Origin: a virus
Lineage: Duplodnaviria > Caudoviricetes
IMG/VR virus record: IMGVR_UViG_3300021082_000042
Span: 1 to 46,817 of that record
Strand: one strand, 5' to 3'
Length of the DNA: 46,817 nt
This document shows positions 1 to 7,337 of the stretch, piece by piece. The notes under the pieces are model-generated. The model searched no databases and was not told the origin of the DNA. It saw nothing but the letters and a program-made list of their open reading frames with translations. How positions within the stretch are numbered: the stretch's first letter is position 1; each line of letters begins with the position of its first letter. The translations under genes and the position numbers were made by a program.

Positions 1-102
1 GGCCCGGGGGCGTGGTGGGGGCGTGGTGCCACCGGGGGCGGCCCGGGGGCGTGGTGGGGGCGTGGTGCCACCGGGGGCGGCCCGGGGCGTGGTGGGGGCG
101 TG
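1..102 (+). repeat. G-rich 39-bp tandem repeat (about 2.5 copies)
   Basis: GGCCCGGGGGCGTGGTGGGGGCGTGGTGCCACCGGGGGC at 1-39 and 40-78, partial third copy from 79. Confidence 0.9.
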
Positions 103-139
103 GCGGGGCGGGGCGTGGGTGCGGGGTGGCCTGGAAGCT

Positions 140-169
140 AAAATGGCCACCCCGCTAAGGGGTGGCCAT
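140..169 (-). terminator. Intrinsic terminator after the DUF3489 gene
   Basis: Perfect 11-bp stem ATGGCCACCCC/GGGGTGGCCAT (143-153/159-169), short T run on the minus strand, 27 nt after the stop. Confidence 0.75.
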
Positions 170-195
170 GGGTGGGTGGTAGTGCGGGGTGGGTG

Positions 196-561
196 TTAGG
201 CGATGCGGTATGTGCGGACGCCTTCCACCGAGGTCGATTCGATCTGGTGGGTCTTGCCGAGGATGCTCATGAATCCCCGTACCGTATGGCGCTGCCACCC
301 GAATCGCGTCATTAGGGCGTCCAGGCTAATCCCCTTTTTCAATAATTCAATCGCCTCGCCTTTCTTCGTGGTACGGGGCGTCGGGGTGGTGGGTGCCGGG
401 GTGGCGGTCTTTTTCGGGGTGGCCTTGGGTGCCGGGGTGGCCTTGGCCGTCTTCTTGGCCTTGGCCGTGGGTGCCGGGGTGGCGGTCTTTTTCGGGGTGG
501 CCTTGGGTGCCGGGGTGGCCTTGGCCGTCTTCTTGGCGATGCTCTTTTTTTCGTTTTTCAT
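196..561 (-). CDS. DUF3489-like winged-helix protein with Lys/Ala/Pro histone-like N-terminus
   Basis: C-terminal TKKGEAIELL...GWQRHTVRGFMS...VRTYRI matches the DUF3489 pattern; RBS AAGGA upstream. Confidence 0.85.
   Translation of the reverse strand: MKNEKKSIAKKTAKATPAPKATPKKTATPAPTAKAKKTAKATPAPKATPKKTATPAPTTPTPRTTKKGEAIELLKKGISLDALMTRFGWQRHTVRGFMSILGKTHQIESTSVEGVRTYRIA
389..538 (-). repeat. 78-bp in-frame tandem duplication (AKKTAKATPAPKATPKKTATPAPT)
   Basis: Near-identical DNA copies at about 389-466 and 467-538. Confidence 0.9.
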
Positions 562-606
562 TTTCGTTTTTTCCTTTTCGTTTTCCGCCGGGGTGGCGGT
601 GAACGT

Positions 607-648
607 AGGATCGCTTCAAACGCCAAAAACATGCAAGCTCTTTTTTTC
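607..648 (-). promoter_or_regulatory. Possible sigma70 promoter for the DUF3489 gene
   Basis: A-tract followed by TTGCAT-N18-GATCCT on the minus strand; the -10 is poor. Confidence 0.35.
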
Positions 649-675
649 AAATCGCCATTTTCCAATCGCGGCGCT

Positions 676-836
676 GCACATCGAAGCGGGGTGGCCGTGG
701 TGCGATGTGGCTGCCACCGGGTCGCCCGGGGTCGGCCCAGGGGGGGGTGCAATCGACCGATGCCCATCCCATCGGTGCATCAGGGGGCGACGCGCGTACA
801 CGATGGCCCGTACTCGGATACCACCCCTCCCTTTTT
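676..836. other. Structured non-coding element, copy A
   Basis: Five colinear sequence blocks and four hairpins shared with 3709-3885; no credible ORF. Confidence 0.65.
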
Positions 837-868
837 GTAGATTTGAGAATGCAACCATCATAAATCAG

Positions 869-897
869 AAAAGCCCCCGGGGAACGACCCCGGGGGC
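869..897 (-). terminator. Intrinsic terminator ending the 3598-923 operon
   Basis: 10-bp stem GCCCCCGGGG/CCCCGGGGGC, 5-nt loop, TTTTCT on the minus strand. Confidence 0.85.
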
Positions 898-922
898 AAA
901 CGAAAGGACAAAACGAATCGGG

Positions 923-1444
923 TTAGCCGATAGTCGCATCACCTCCCTTCCATATCACATCGGCCAGGGCGATCTTCCCGGTGAGAAGCGGGTAGTGCTG
1001 CGGCCATGCATCGAGCACGCTGTACTCGCCGTTCGCGCGCAGGCTGGATTTGACGAAGGCGGCCTGGAACGGAATCCCAATGTAGACCGCATCGCGGTGG
1101 GTCCACGCCACATCGAACGCCTCGCCGGGGTGGGCAGGCAATGTCAACCAAGCGTGTAGTACGGGCAGGCCGAGCGCATCGGGCGAGGTAGCGAATCCTT
1201 CCACGTAGATCCACTTCGATCCCTTGCGGGTGGCCAGCCGATAGGATTGGTGGAAGCACGCCTTCGGGATTGGGCACACCGGGGGGGGCTTGCGCTTGGC
1301 CCGCGTGTATACCGTGCCATGGCGCAACACCAGATCCTCGTTGCCTTTGTAAATCAGGTTGCGCTGCCAATCGGTCGGTGCCATGTTGTTTCGCATCCGC
1401 ACCATGAGATCCAGATTCGTACGAAGATCGTCAAGCGCGGCCAT
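923..1444 (-). CDS. Putative papain/transglutaminase-fold protein (Cys-His-Asp)
   Basis: KACFHQS...YVEGFA...VLHAWL...FDVAW; start at 1444 overlaps the upstream stop (TGATG). Confidence 0.65.
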   Translation of the reverse strand: MAALDDLRTNLDLMVRMRNNMAPTDWQRNLIYKGNEDLVLRHGTVYTRAKRKPPPVCPIPKACFHQSYRLATRKGSKWIYVEGFATSPDALGLPVLHAWLTLPAHPGEAFDVAWTHRDAVYIGIPFQAAFVKSSLRANGEYSVLDAWPQHYPLLTGKIALADVIWKGGDATIG

Positions 1445-1776
1445 CAGTATTCCTCCCGCAGCATGATCGTGAGCACGCGGGTCGTTTGGCCCGGGTCGCT
1501 CGGGTCTTCGCTGCCGTACTCCATCGCGCGGTCGTAGTAATCGATCTTCCACATGACGGCGTGGCCGCCGTGTTCGAACGATCCGAAATCGCGTTCGCCG
1601 TACGGGTCGTTACCGGGATGGAAATCGTTGAACGTCTCCACCAGTTCACGAATCCGTGATTGCGTCTGCCACGGCAGCGCGTTGACCCCGGCGGTCTGCA
1701 CCAGCCTGCCCGCCACCCCCATCGCGGTACGGGCCAGATCGTTAAGCTCGGCGATGCGCTTCTTGGTTGGTGTCAT
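1444..1776 (-). CDS. DUF3768-like protein
   Basis: RIAELND...F.DF..GNDPYGERDFG...WKIDYYD...GSEDPSDP..T.RVLTIML.EEY; ATGA-coupled start. Confidence 0.9.
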   Translation of the reverse strand: MTPTKKRIAELNDLARTAMGVAGRLVQTAGVNALPWQTQSRIRELVETFNDFHPGNDPYGERDFGSFEHGGHAVMWKIDYYDRAMEYGSEDPSDPGQTTRVLTIMLREEY

Positions 1777-2021
1777 CGTGGGCTCCGTTTCATGAGATCG
1801 TCCAGGCGCTTGCGGAAAGTTGCATCCGGCATGACGCACACCTCAACGGGCCGCCCCGCGCAGCGCCATTGCAGCGGCGCTGTACTCGCCGGGTCGCGGC
1901 GTATGATCGCCACGAAGCCCGGCGCTTCTTGAATCGTCAACGCGACCTCGTTGGCGGCCAGGATCGTACCCGTGAAGGATCGCCACCCGGTGATGCGAAC
2001 CTTGGTGCCTGCGTTATACAT
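1773..2021 (-). CDS. Hypothetical protein
   Basis: Overlap-coupled to both neighbours. Confidence 0.7.
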   Translation of the reverse strand: MYNAGTKVRITGWRSFTGTILAANEVALTIQEAPGFVAIIRRDPASTAPLQWRCAGRPVEVCVMPDATFRKRLDDLMKRSPR

Positions 2022-2247
2022 GGCGGGATCCTCCCGGCACGGAGAGGACGAATCCTTCTTCCTCGATCATGTCCACCAAATCGCCGAAGCCCGGGTCGGT
2101 GGCCTGTACCATGTGGGATCGGCCATTGGCCATCACCAGATCGATGGCGTTGACCTCGTCGGTCGTGGTGACGTCGGTATAGCGGAGGCGGAATTCGCAC
2201 ACCTGCTCGACGTTAATGAATCCTTCGGTCGTGATGATTAGCTGCAT
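2014..2247 (-). CDS. Hypothetical acidic protein
   Basis: RBS AAGGGAG upstream; coupled to neighbours. Confidence 0.75.
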   Translation of the reverse strand: MQLIITTEGFINVEQVCEFRLRYTDVTTTDEVNAIDLVMANGRSHMVQATDPGFGDLVDMIEEEGFVLSVPGGSRHV

Positions 2248-2690
2248 GTTGAATCTCCCTTCGGGTAATTGGTCCGCTGCCCCGGGGTGAGAGTCACCAT
2301 CGACCGGGCCACATCGAGAGCGCGATGAACATCCGGCCCGGCGAATTCAGAAAACACCTGCGATCCGCCCCCATGCTCGGGGGCGAATGTCTTCGTCACT
2401 TCCACCAGCCAATCGCCCACGTCATCGAGCGTTAGCTTCACTTCCACGATTCGATTGGCCTGGGGCGGCGTATACCCGCCAATTGCATCGCGCCATTCGG
2501 CGTCGATCACCGATGGGTAATACGGGTGCTGCAATTCCGTTCCGATTCGAAGCACCACGCGGCCCGTTGATTGGGGCGTGTGGGGCAGCTGCCATTCCTC
2601 GACCGTGGCCGATTCGCCGCGCGACAGCGTCACTACATCGCCGCGCTTGACGGGCCGCCCCGTTTTTCTGTACACCAGGATTCGATTCAT
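2238..2690 (-). CDS. Hypothetical protein
   Basis: ATG abuts the upstream TAA; RBS AAAGGA. Confidence 0.75.
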   Translation of the reverse strand: MNRILVYRKTGRPVKRGDVVTLSRGESATVEEWQLPHTPQSTGRVVLRIGTELQHPYYPSVIDAEWRDAIGGYTPPQANRIVEVKLTLDDVGDWLVEVTKTFAPEHGGGSQVFSEFAGPDVHRALDVARSMVTLTPGQRTNYPKGDSTCS

Positions 2691-2861
2691 TTAGTTGGTT
2701 CCTTTCCATGAGGTCGGGCGGAAGCCGCCTCGGCTAATCCATTCATCAAGCGCTTCGACCAGTTCGGCCAGCCGCACAGCGCCGTAAGTCTGTTCATCGG
2801 GATTGGCGAGGATCGCTTTCGCGATCCTCCGCTGTTCCTGGAGATTGTTGTTGGGGTCCAT
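2691..2861 (-). CDS. Small phage protein (56 aa), absent from the ORF track
   Basis: Hand translation MDPNNNLQEQRRIAKAILANPDEQTYGAVRLAELVEALDEWISRGGFRPTSWKGTN fills the gap exactly; MDPN...LDEW..GGF.P..W resembles a small phage protein family. Confidence 0.8.
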   Translation of the reverse strand: MDPNNNLQEQRRIAKAILANPDEQTYGAVRLAELVEALDEWISRGGFRPTSWKGTN

Positions 2862-2864
2862 GGA

Positions 2865-3311
2865 TTACACCAGCCCCCACACTTCGCGCAGGCCACGGCG
2901 GCGCTGGCGGATGTACAGCGTCATGTTGCCGTGGTCGTTGACGACCAACACGTAGCCGTAATAATCGCTCGGGATCTCGCTGAGGTCGGAAACCTTCAAT
3001 CCGTCAAACTCCTGATGGAAGTCTTCGACCAGCCAGTAGCCGTAATCGCTGCCGTCGCCGGGATGCGCCCCGAAATAGAAGTACGGGGCGGCGTACACAT
3101 CGAGCAGATCGAATAGCGCTTCCAGATCCCACTCGACATCGCCCGAATCCCAATACTTCCGCTTGCCCAGGCGATTCGCAATCTCGGTACACGTCTTGCG
3201 ATGCTCCCGCTTCAACGGTCCCGACCGCAGTTCGGCGAGGAAGGCGGGAATCAAATCCTCGGCCCGCATCGTGGCGTGGCTGACCGTGCCAAAGTTATAA
3301 GCGCGCTTCAT
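2865..3311 (-). CDS. Conserved phage hypothetical protein
   Basis: GTVSHATMR.EDLIPAF...YFGAHPGDGSDYGYW; start trimmed to MKRAYN. Confidence 0.8.
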   Translation of the reverse strand: MKRAYNFGTVSHATMRAEDLIPAFLAELRSGPLKREHRKTCTEIANRLGKRKYWDSGDVEWDLEALFDLLDVYAAPYFYFGAHPGDGSDYGYWLVEDFHQEFDGLKVSDLSEIPSDYYGYVLVVNDHGNMTLYIRQRRRGLREVWGLV

Positions 3312-3313
3312 GA

Positions 3314-3598
3314 TTAGCACCGCCCCGTCTGCGCCAGCCAATCGGAGGCAGCGCTGCAGTCCAGATCGGGCGTGCAGGGATCGTAATATTCCGGCGATCC
3401 GAACTCGCCGTCGCGCTCTTTATACAGTGCAAAGTACTGCGGCACCAGCGCGCCACTGTCTGGTCCAAGGCGCATGTAGTCGCGCATCAATTCCTTGGCT
3501 TCGTCCACGGTACTGGCCAGCCTATAGGGCTGGTAGAAATAGGTCTCGGGAGTCACCCCGCCTAGATCGCTCTCGGCTTCAATCACAATCAAGTACAT
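3314..3598 (-). CDS. Hypothetical protein, first gene of a promoter-led operon
   Basis: RBS GAAAGGA; promoter directly upstream. Confidence 0.75.
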   Translation of the reverse strand: MYLIVIEAESDLGGVTPETYFYQPYRLASTVDEAKELMRDYMRLGPDSGALVPQYFALYKERDGEFGSPEYYDPCTPDLDCSAASDWLAQTGRC

Positions 3599-3644
3599 CG
3601 TTGTAAGTCCTTTCGTTTCAATCGGCTACGTTGTAACCAAGACC

Positions 3645-3685
3645 AAGGTAGCTCGATGCTCGTATAAATCGCAAGGGACCTTTTT
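3645..3685 (-). promoter_or_regulatory. Putative sigma70 promoter
   Basis: A-tract, TTGCGA (3674-3669), N18, TACCTT (3650-3645). Confidence 0.55.
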
Positions 3686-3708
3686 GATATGTGGGCGGCC
3701 CAGGCGGG

Positions 3709-3885
3709 GCACATCGCGCGGTGCATCTTGCGCCTGCCACAGCCACCTGGGACGCTCGGCAGTTCGATTTCTCCTCGGCCCAGGCCCGGCGATGCGAATC
3801 GCACCAGGAGCGGGCTGCGGCGGTGCGCAGGGCGTGAGCGGCGAGGGGAACATCGCCCGTACTCGGACACCACCCCTCGCCTTTT
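3709..3885. other. Structured non-coding element, copy B
   Basis: 23/24 identical block with copy A (3855-3878 vs 806-829) plus four more colinear blocks; 9-bp stem GGCGAGGGG/CCCCTCGCC. Confidence 0.65.
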
Positions 3886-3935
3886 GGCAGATCGCCTCTC
3901 TTGCGCCCGCCGATTCCTAATAGAATAGGAAAAAC

Positions 3936-4271
3936 ATGCAAGTCCGAAAATCAAAAACGAAGCTACACGGCGGGGGCCGCCCGCCGATCATGTTCAAGTG
4001 CAAGCTCTGCGGGGCGAAGCTCAACAAAACGGAGATGCGGCTGCACGAACCCGGCTGCCGCCGCGCGACGTTGCTGCACGTGGGCGCGCGCTTCACCGTG
4101 AAGCTCAACGAGAAGCTGGTCCCGGTGCTGGTCGAGGAGTTCCTGACGGACGAGGGCGAGGCCATGCTCTGCCGCAATCTGATTAGTGGAAGGCGAATCA
4201 AGGTGAAGACTCCCCGGCGCTTCCGCGAGTGGATGGAAGCAGCCAACGTGCGATTCCAGCGGGCCGGGTAG
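3936..4271 (+). CDS. Basic hypothetical protein with C2HC Zn-finger-like motif
   Basis: CKLC-x11-HEPGC; RBS AGGA; alternative start at MFKCKLC. Confidence 0.6.
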   Translation: MQVRKSKTKLHGGGRPPIMFKCKLCGAKLNKTEMRLHEPGCRRATLLHVGARFTVKLNEKLVPVLVEEFLTDEGEAMLCRNLISGRRIKVKTPRRFREWMEAANVRFQRAG

Positions 4272-4284
4272 AGAGGACAAAACG

Positions 4285-4650
4285 ATGACGAATAAGACGG
4301 GAAGGGTATCAACGGGCGGGGGCTGCGCGATCCTCGTGGTGTGTTTCGTCGGGATCCTGGTGCTGGTGTGGATTGCGACTCAAATACAGGCTGGCCTCAC
4401 TCGCCCCGATCCAGAGGAGGCGAAGCGACAGATCGCCATTGAGGTGTGCAGCGGCCTGCTGGTTCAAGAGCATATGCCGGGGTTGAAAGGCGATGGGAGG
4501 CGGCCCACCGCAGAGAAGCTGGCGACCGTGGCGAAGCAAGGCGACACCTATACCGTGAGTTGGGGGATCGGCGATGCATGGTGCAAAGTCAATCTCGTGA
4601 ACACCGATAGCGGGGTCAAGAGCAGCAATCCTGCTGTGTCCTGGCGATAG
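4285..4650 (+). CDS. Single-pass membrane protein
   Basis: Hydrophobic helix AILVVCFVGILVLVWIA; RBS GAGGA. Confidence 0.75.
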   Translation: MTNKTGRVSTGGGCAILVVCFVGILVLVWIATQIQAGLTRPDPEEAKRQIAIEVCSGLLVQEHMPGLKGDGRRPTAEKLATVAKQGDTYTVSWGIGDAWCKVNLVNTDSGVKSSNPAVSWR

Positions 4651-4651
4651 C

Positions 4652-4906
4652 TCAGTCGCCAAGGTCCAATCGCAGCGGCATGACCATACCGGACGGGTCG
4701 GTCCCGATGCGAAAGAAGCGCGCCAACGGATCGGGCTCGTCCAGGAATTCGATCTCGATCATGTGCAGATGATGCACGGCCATGGCGTTCCCGTGCTTCT
4801 TGGCCAGCCCGGGCAGCAGCTGGTCCAGGTCGTTCTCGTCCAACTCGACCCTGTCTTCGAATACCAGCGCGCCCATCGCGAATCCACGAATGGCCACGCG
4901 GATCAT
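4652..4906 (-). CDS. Hypothetical protein
   Basis: ATGA-coupled; last gene of the minus-strand run. Confidence 0.75.
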   Translation of the reverse strand: MIRVAIRGFAMGALVFEDRVELDENDLDQLLPGLAKKHGNAMAVHHLHMIEIEFLDEPDPLARFFRIGTDPSGMVMPLRLDLGD

Positions 4907-5262
4907 GGTTGCACCGCCTCGGGCGCTGTCACCCGGTTGCCCGCTTCATCGACCTCTGCCATCTCCGGGGCCATGATGTGGGTCTGACAGACCGGGGTTA
5001 GCGGCGGGTACACCGTCTCGCCCTTCTTGAGGATCATTGCAAAGGGTTCAGCGATGCGAAACGAGCAGAGTTGGGTCCAGAGGATCGTCTTCCGCTTCCC
5101 GCAATGGGCGCAGGCCACCTTCAGGGGCTTGCCAAGCTCGTGATAGCGCATGAACCGGACCAGCGCCCGCTGGTCATCGGAGAAAAGCGGATTGGGCCGG
5201 GCCTCCAGAAGTTCCACCGAAAGCAGCGGCACGCAGTACCGGGGCTTCTCGTCAGTTGTCAT
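4903..5262 (-). CDS. Hypothetical protein with CxxC...CxxH
   Basis: RBS GAGGAGG before MTTDEK; CAHC and CQTH. Confidence 0.75.
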   Translation of the reverse strand: MTTDEKPRYCVPLLSVELLEARPNPLFSDDQRALVRFMRYHELGKPLKVACAHCGKRKTILWTQLCSFRIAEPFAMILKKGETVYPPLTPVCQTHIMAPEMAEVDEAGNRVTAPEAVQP

Positions 5263-5279
5263 CGTTGACCTCCTCGATC

Positions 5280-5537
5280 TCAAAATGCCCGCCGCCGACG
5301 AACGTCGATCCACGGACCCCACGGCGCGCCATTCAACTCCTCGCGCGAGGCCATAAGCATGATGCCGAACTCGGGGTGGATCGCCATGGTCCCCGGGGCA
5401 CCAATGGCGAACGGGGGGCGGCTGTCGAAGCCGACCGCAATGGCGCGCCCGTTGGCCGCCAGGAGGGCGACCGTCGCAATGGCGGCCTTCCCTGCGTCAC
5501 CGTGGGGGAATACACGTACGTTGTCTCCGGTTTTCAT
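5280..5537 (-). CDS. Hypothetical protein
   Basis: MKTGDNVRVF start is ATGA-coupled to the upstream stop. Confidence 0.7.
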   Translation of the reverse strand: MKTGDNVRVFPHGDAGKAAIATVALLAANGRAIAVGFDSRPPFAIGAPGTMAIHPEFGIMLMASREELNGAPWGPWIDVRRRRAF

Positions 5538-5821
5538 AACGGGTCCATTCCCCAATCGGCAGCCACCTCGACCCAATGCTCGATCTGGCGGCGGTTGCGG
5601 AGTTCGGGAGCGGCGCGCCGCAGTTCCTTCAACTCCTCGCTGAGTGAATCGTTTCCGTACGGGTTCAGATCCCACACCGGGGAGTCGATCCACTGCACGA
5701 GGTAAGCGCGGATCAGCGCCACGTCGCGCACGGAGAGCGGGTCGGTGCCTTCAAGGTAACGCTTCACCGCCGGGATCAGTTCGCCCCCGACTTCCTGCAT
5801 CCAGTAGCCCGGCGGCCTCAA
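5534..5821 (-). CDS. Hypothetical protein
   Basis: TTG start overlapping the upstream TGA; PGYWMQE...AYLVQWI...GMDPL. Confidence 0.7.
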   Translation of the reverse strand: MRPPGYWMQEVGGELIPAVKRYLEGTDPLSVRDVALIRAYLVQWIDSPVWDLNPYGNDSLSEELKELRRAAPELRNRRQIEHWVEVAADWGMDPL

Positions 5822-6075
5822 GGCTTCCCCAGGTATTCGTAGATGCGCATTGGAAGATGGGTATCGTCGGTAACGCTCTCCAGATCCGGCCCGCCCCGCT
5901 TGGCATAGAAGTTTATGCCCGTCGCCCCCGCGTAGAAGTGGACATAGACGTCGCCGACGTCGACCACCCACATCGTAGCCATCAGGTCGCGGCCATCTTT
6001 TGCCAGCCACACGACGGTCTTTGGCTTCAGATCGCTAACCTTCAATTCACGTCCGATCTCAGATGATCCAATCAA
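5818..6075 (-). CDS. Hypothetical protein
   Basis: Overlap-coupled; RBS GGAGGA. Confidence 0.7.
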   Translation of the reverse strand: MIGSSEIGRELKVSDLKPKTVVWLAKDGRDLMATMWVVDVGDVYVHFYAGATGINFYAKRGGPDLESVTDDTHLPMRIYEYLGKP

Positions 6076-6368
6076 TTGCGCTTCCTCCAGGTGTTGGGTT
6101 GCGTGGTGCGGATCTCGCGGGCGATCTCGGCGGCAGGGGCGGCAAGCTCGATAGTGCCCTGGCCAGTGGCCGCCATCTGCGCGATGGCGCAGTCATAGCA
6201 AATCACGACGGTTTCTGGCGTGCGCGCCAGGGCCGCCCGGCCCGAGGGCGCGATCATTACCCTGGCCCGGCATTGCGCGCAGGAGCGGTCGAAGGTGGAA
6301 CCCGCCACCATGCGCTCGGCGGCCTCGGCGGGCGCGCAGGCGAGGAACCGGGGTTGCGGGGGCTTCAT
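6072..6368 (-). CDS. Hypothetical Zn-binding protein
   Basis: CAQC...CYDC; RBS GAAGGA; ATGA-coupled. Confidence 0.75.
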   Translation of the reverse strand: MKPPQPRFLACAPAEAAERMVAGSTFDRSCAQCRARVMIAPSGRAALARTPETVVICYDCAIAQMAATGQGTIELAAPAAEIAREIRTTQPNTWRKRN

Positions 6369-6592
6369 CGTTTTCCTTCCGCCGCATCGCGGCACTGCGT
6401 ACACAGCGCCCTCCCATTGGCCAGCGTCAGGTCGCCGAACATCATGACGCGGTGCCCGCAGCATAAGTCGGCATAGTGGCCGACCCTGGTATTAGGGATC
6501 CGCTGCGTCGTCATGATGCGCATGTGGAAGCGGGTATCGCGGCCTCCTTCATCGGGTTCAATGTACGCGCCGCCGCCGACGTCGATCTTCAT
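6365..6592 (-). CDS. Small Zn-binding hypothetical protein
   Basis: LCCGH...CTQC; RBS GAGGAG. Confidence 0.75.
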   Translation of the reverse strand: MKIDVGGGAYIEPDEGGRDTRFHMRIMTTQRIPNTRVGHYADLCCGHRVMMFGDLTLANGRALCTQCRDAAEGKR

Positions 6593-6972
6593 GTACGCTC
6601 CTCAAGTTGTTTGCAGATCGCAATAATCCGTCTTGCGCTGTCCTTGGCGGCTTCGTCGTCGGTGGCACACATAAGCTCGGCCAGTCGTTCAATCTCCGTG
6701 ACAGCCGCCAAAACCTCATCGCCAATTAATCGGCGGCCCATTTGCTCTAGGTAGCCATCTGCAAACGGCCTCGCCAACTCCGGCCACTCATTCTGTACCG
6801 CTATGTTCCATAAGCGCGAGAGGAATCGTGGAGACGGGCTCCTGCTGCCGCCTTCCCACCGGGCTACAGTGACTAAAGATGTACCCAGGTGGTTCGAGAA
6901 CGCCTGCTGCGTCTGCCCGCACGTCGAGCGCAAAGCCCTAACTGCGTCGGAGAGATTCACAGTTGCCTCCAA
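6589..6972 (-). CDS. XRE-family helix-turn-helix regulator
   Basis: VRALR...TQQAFSNHLGTSLVTVARWEGG.R.P. Confidence 0.85.
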   Translation of the reverse strand: MEATVNLSDAVRALRSTCGQTQQAFSNHLGTSLVTVARWEGGSRSPSPRFLSRLWNIAVQNEWPELARPFADGYLEQMGRRLIGDEVLAAVTEIERLAELMCATDDEAAKDSARRIIAICKQLEERT

Positions 6973-7337
6973 CGCTCTCGCAAATCATCCATCGCCTTAC
7001 TCCACCAGTCAGAGGCGCAGCGCCGGATGTAGCCGAGAACCGCCGCCGGGCGCGCGGCCTCGGTGCACATGGCTGCGTGCTGACGCTGCGCCTCAAGCCA
7101 CGTTGAGCAGCGTTCCTGCTCGTAACCGCCTTCACCCGGCCAAAAGACCATCGTCTCGAAGAGCAGCGGCGGGCCGTCGCCCCACTGATGATCCAGCCCG
7201 AGAAACACGGTGGACACCGACGCGCCGAGGATTTCGGTCTGTCGCACGATGCGATCCGCCGACCCGAACCATTCAGCCCACACGAGGATGTCTGACTCTT
7301 CCACCGGGGTCTGTCCGATGAGGACGTAGTTCTTCAT
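6957..7337 (-). CDS. Conserved phage hypothetical protein
   Basis: VSTVFLGLDH...PLLFETMVF...R.STW.EA...H motif. Confidence 0.8.
   Translation of the reverse strand: MKNYVLIGQTPVEESDILVWAEWFGSADRIVRQTEILGASVSTVFLGLDHQWGDGPPLLFETMVFWPGEGGYEQERCSTWLEAQRQHAAMCTEAARPAAVLGYIRRCASDWWSKAMDDLRERWRQL

Noticed and set aside
1-102. 39-bp repeats as a CRISPR array
   Set aside because: The repeats are directly adjacent with no spacers, and no cas genes are present
806-832. GGTGGTRTCCGAGT as a tRNA 5' end (also at 3855-3881)
   Set aside because: No anticodon arm, T-loop or acceptor stem at tRNA spacing
616-861. ORFs across the twin elements (616-861, 631-840, 3589-3954, 3618-3941, 3689-3928)
   Set aside because: No consistent frame or protein similarity between the copies beyond one short block
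203-1159. 318-aa plus-strand ORF with apparent TM repeats
   Set aside because: Antisense shadow of the Lys/Ala/Pro repeat gene; it crosses a terminator and another gene
5259-5310. Possible frameshift at the end of 5280-5537 (alternative tail GGGHFEIEEVNDDN)
   Set aside because: No slippery motif; cannot be distinguished from a normal end without homologues
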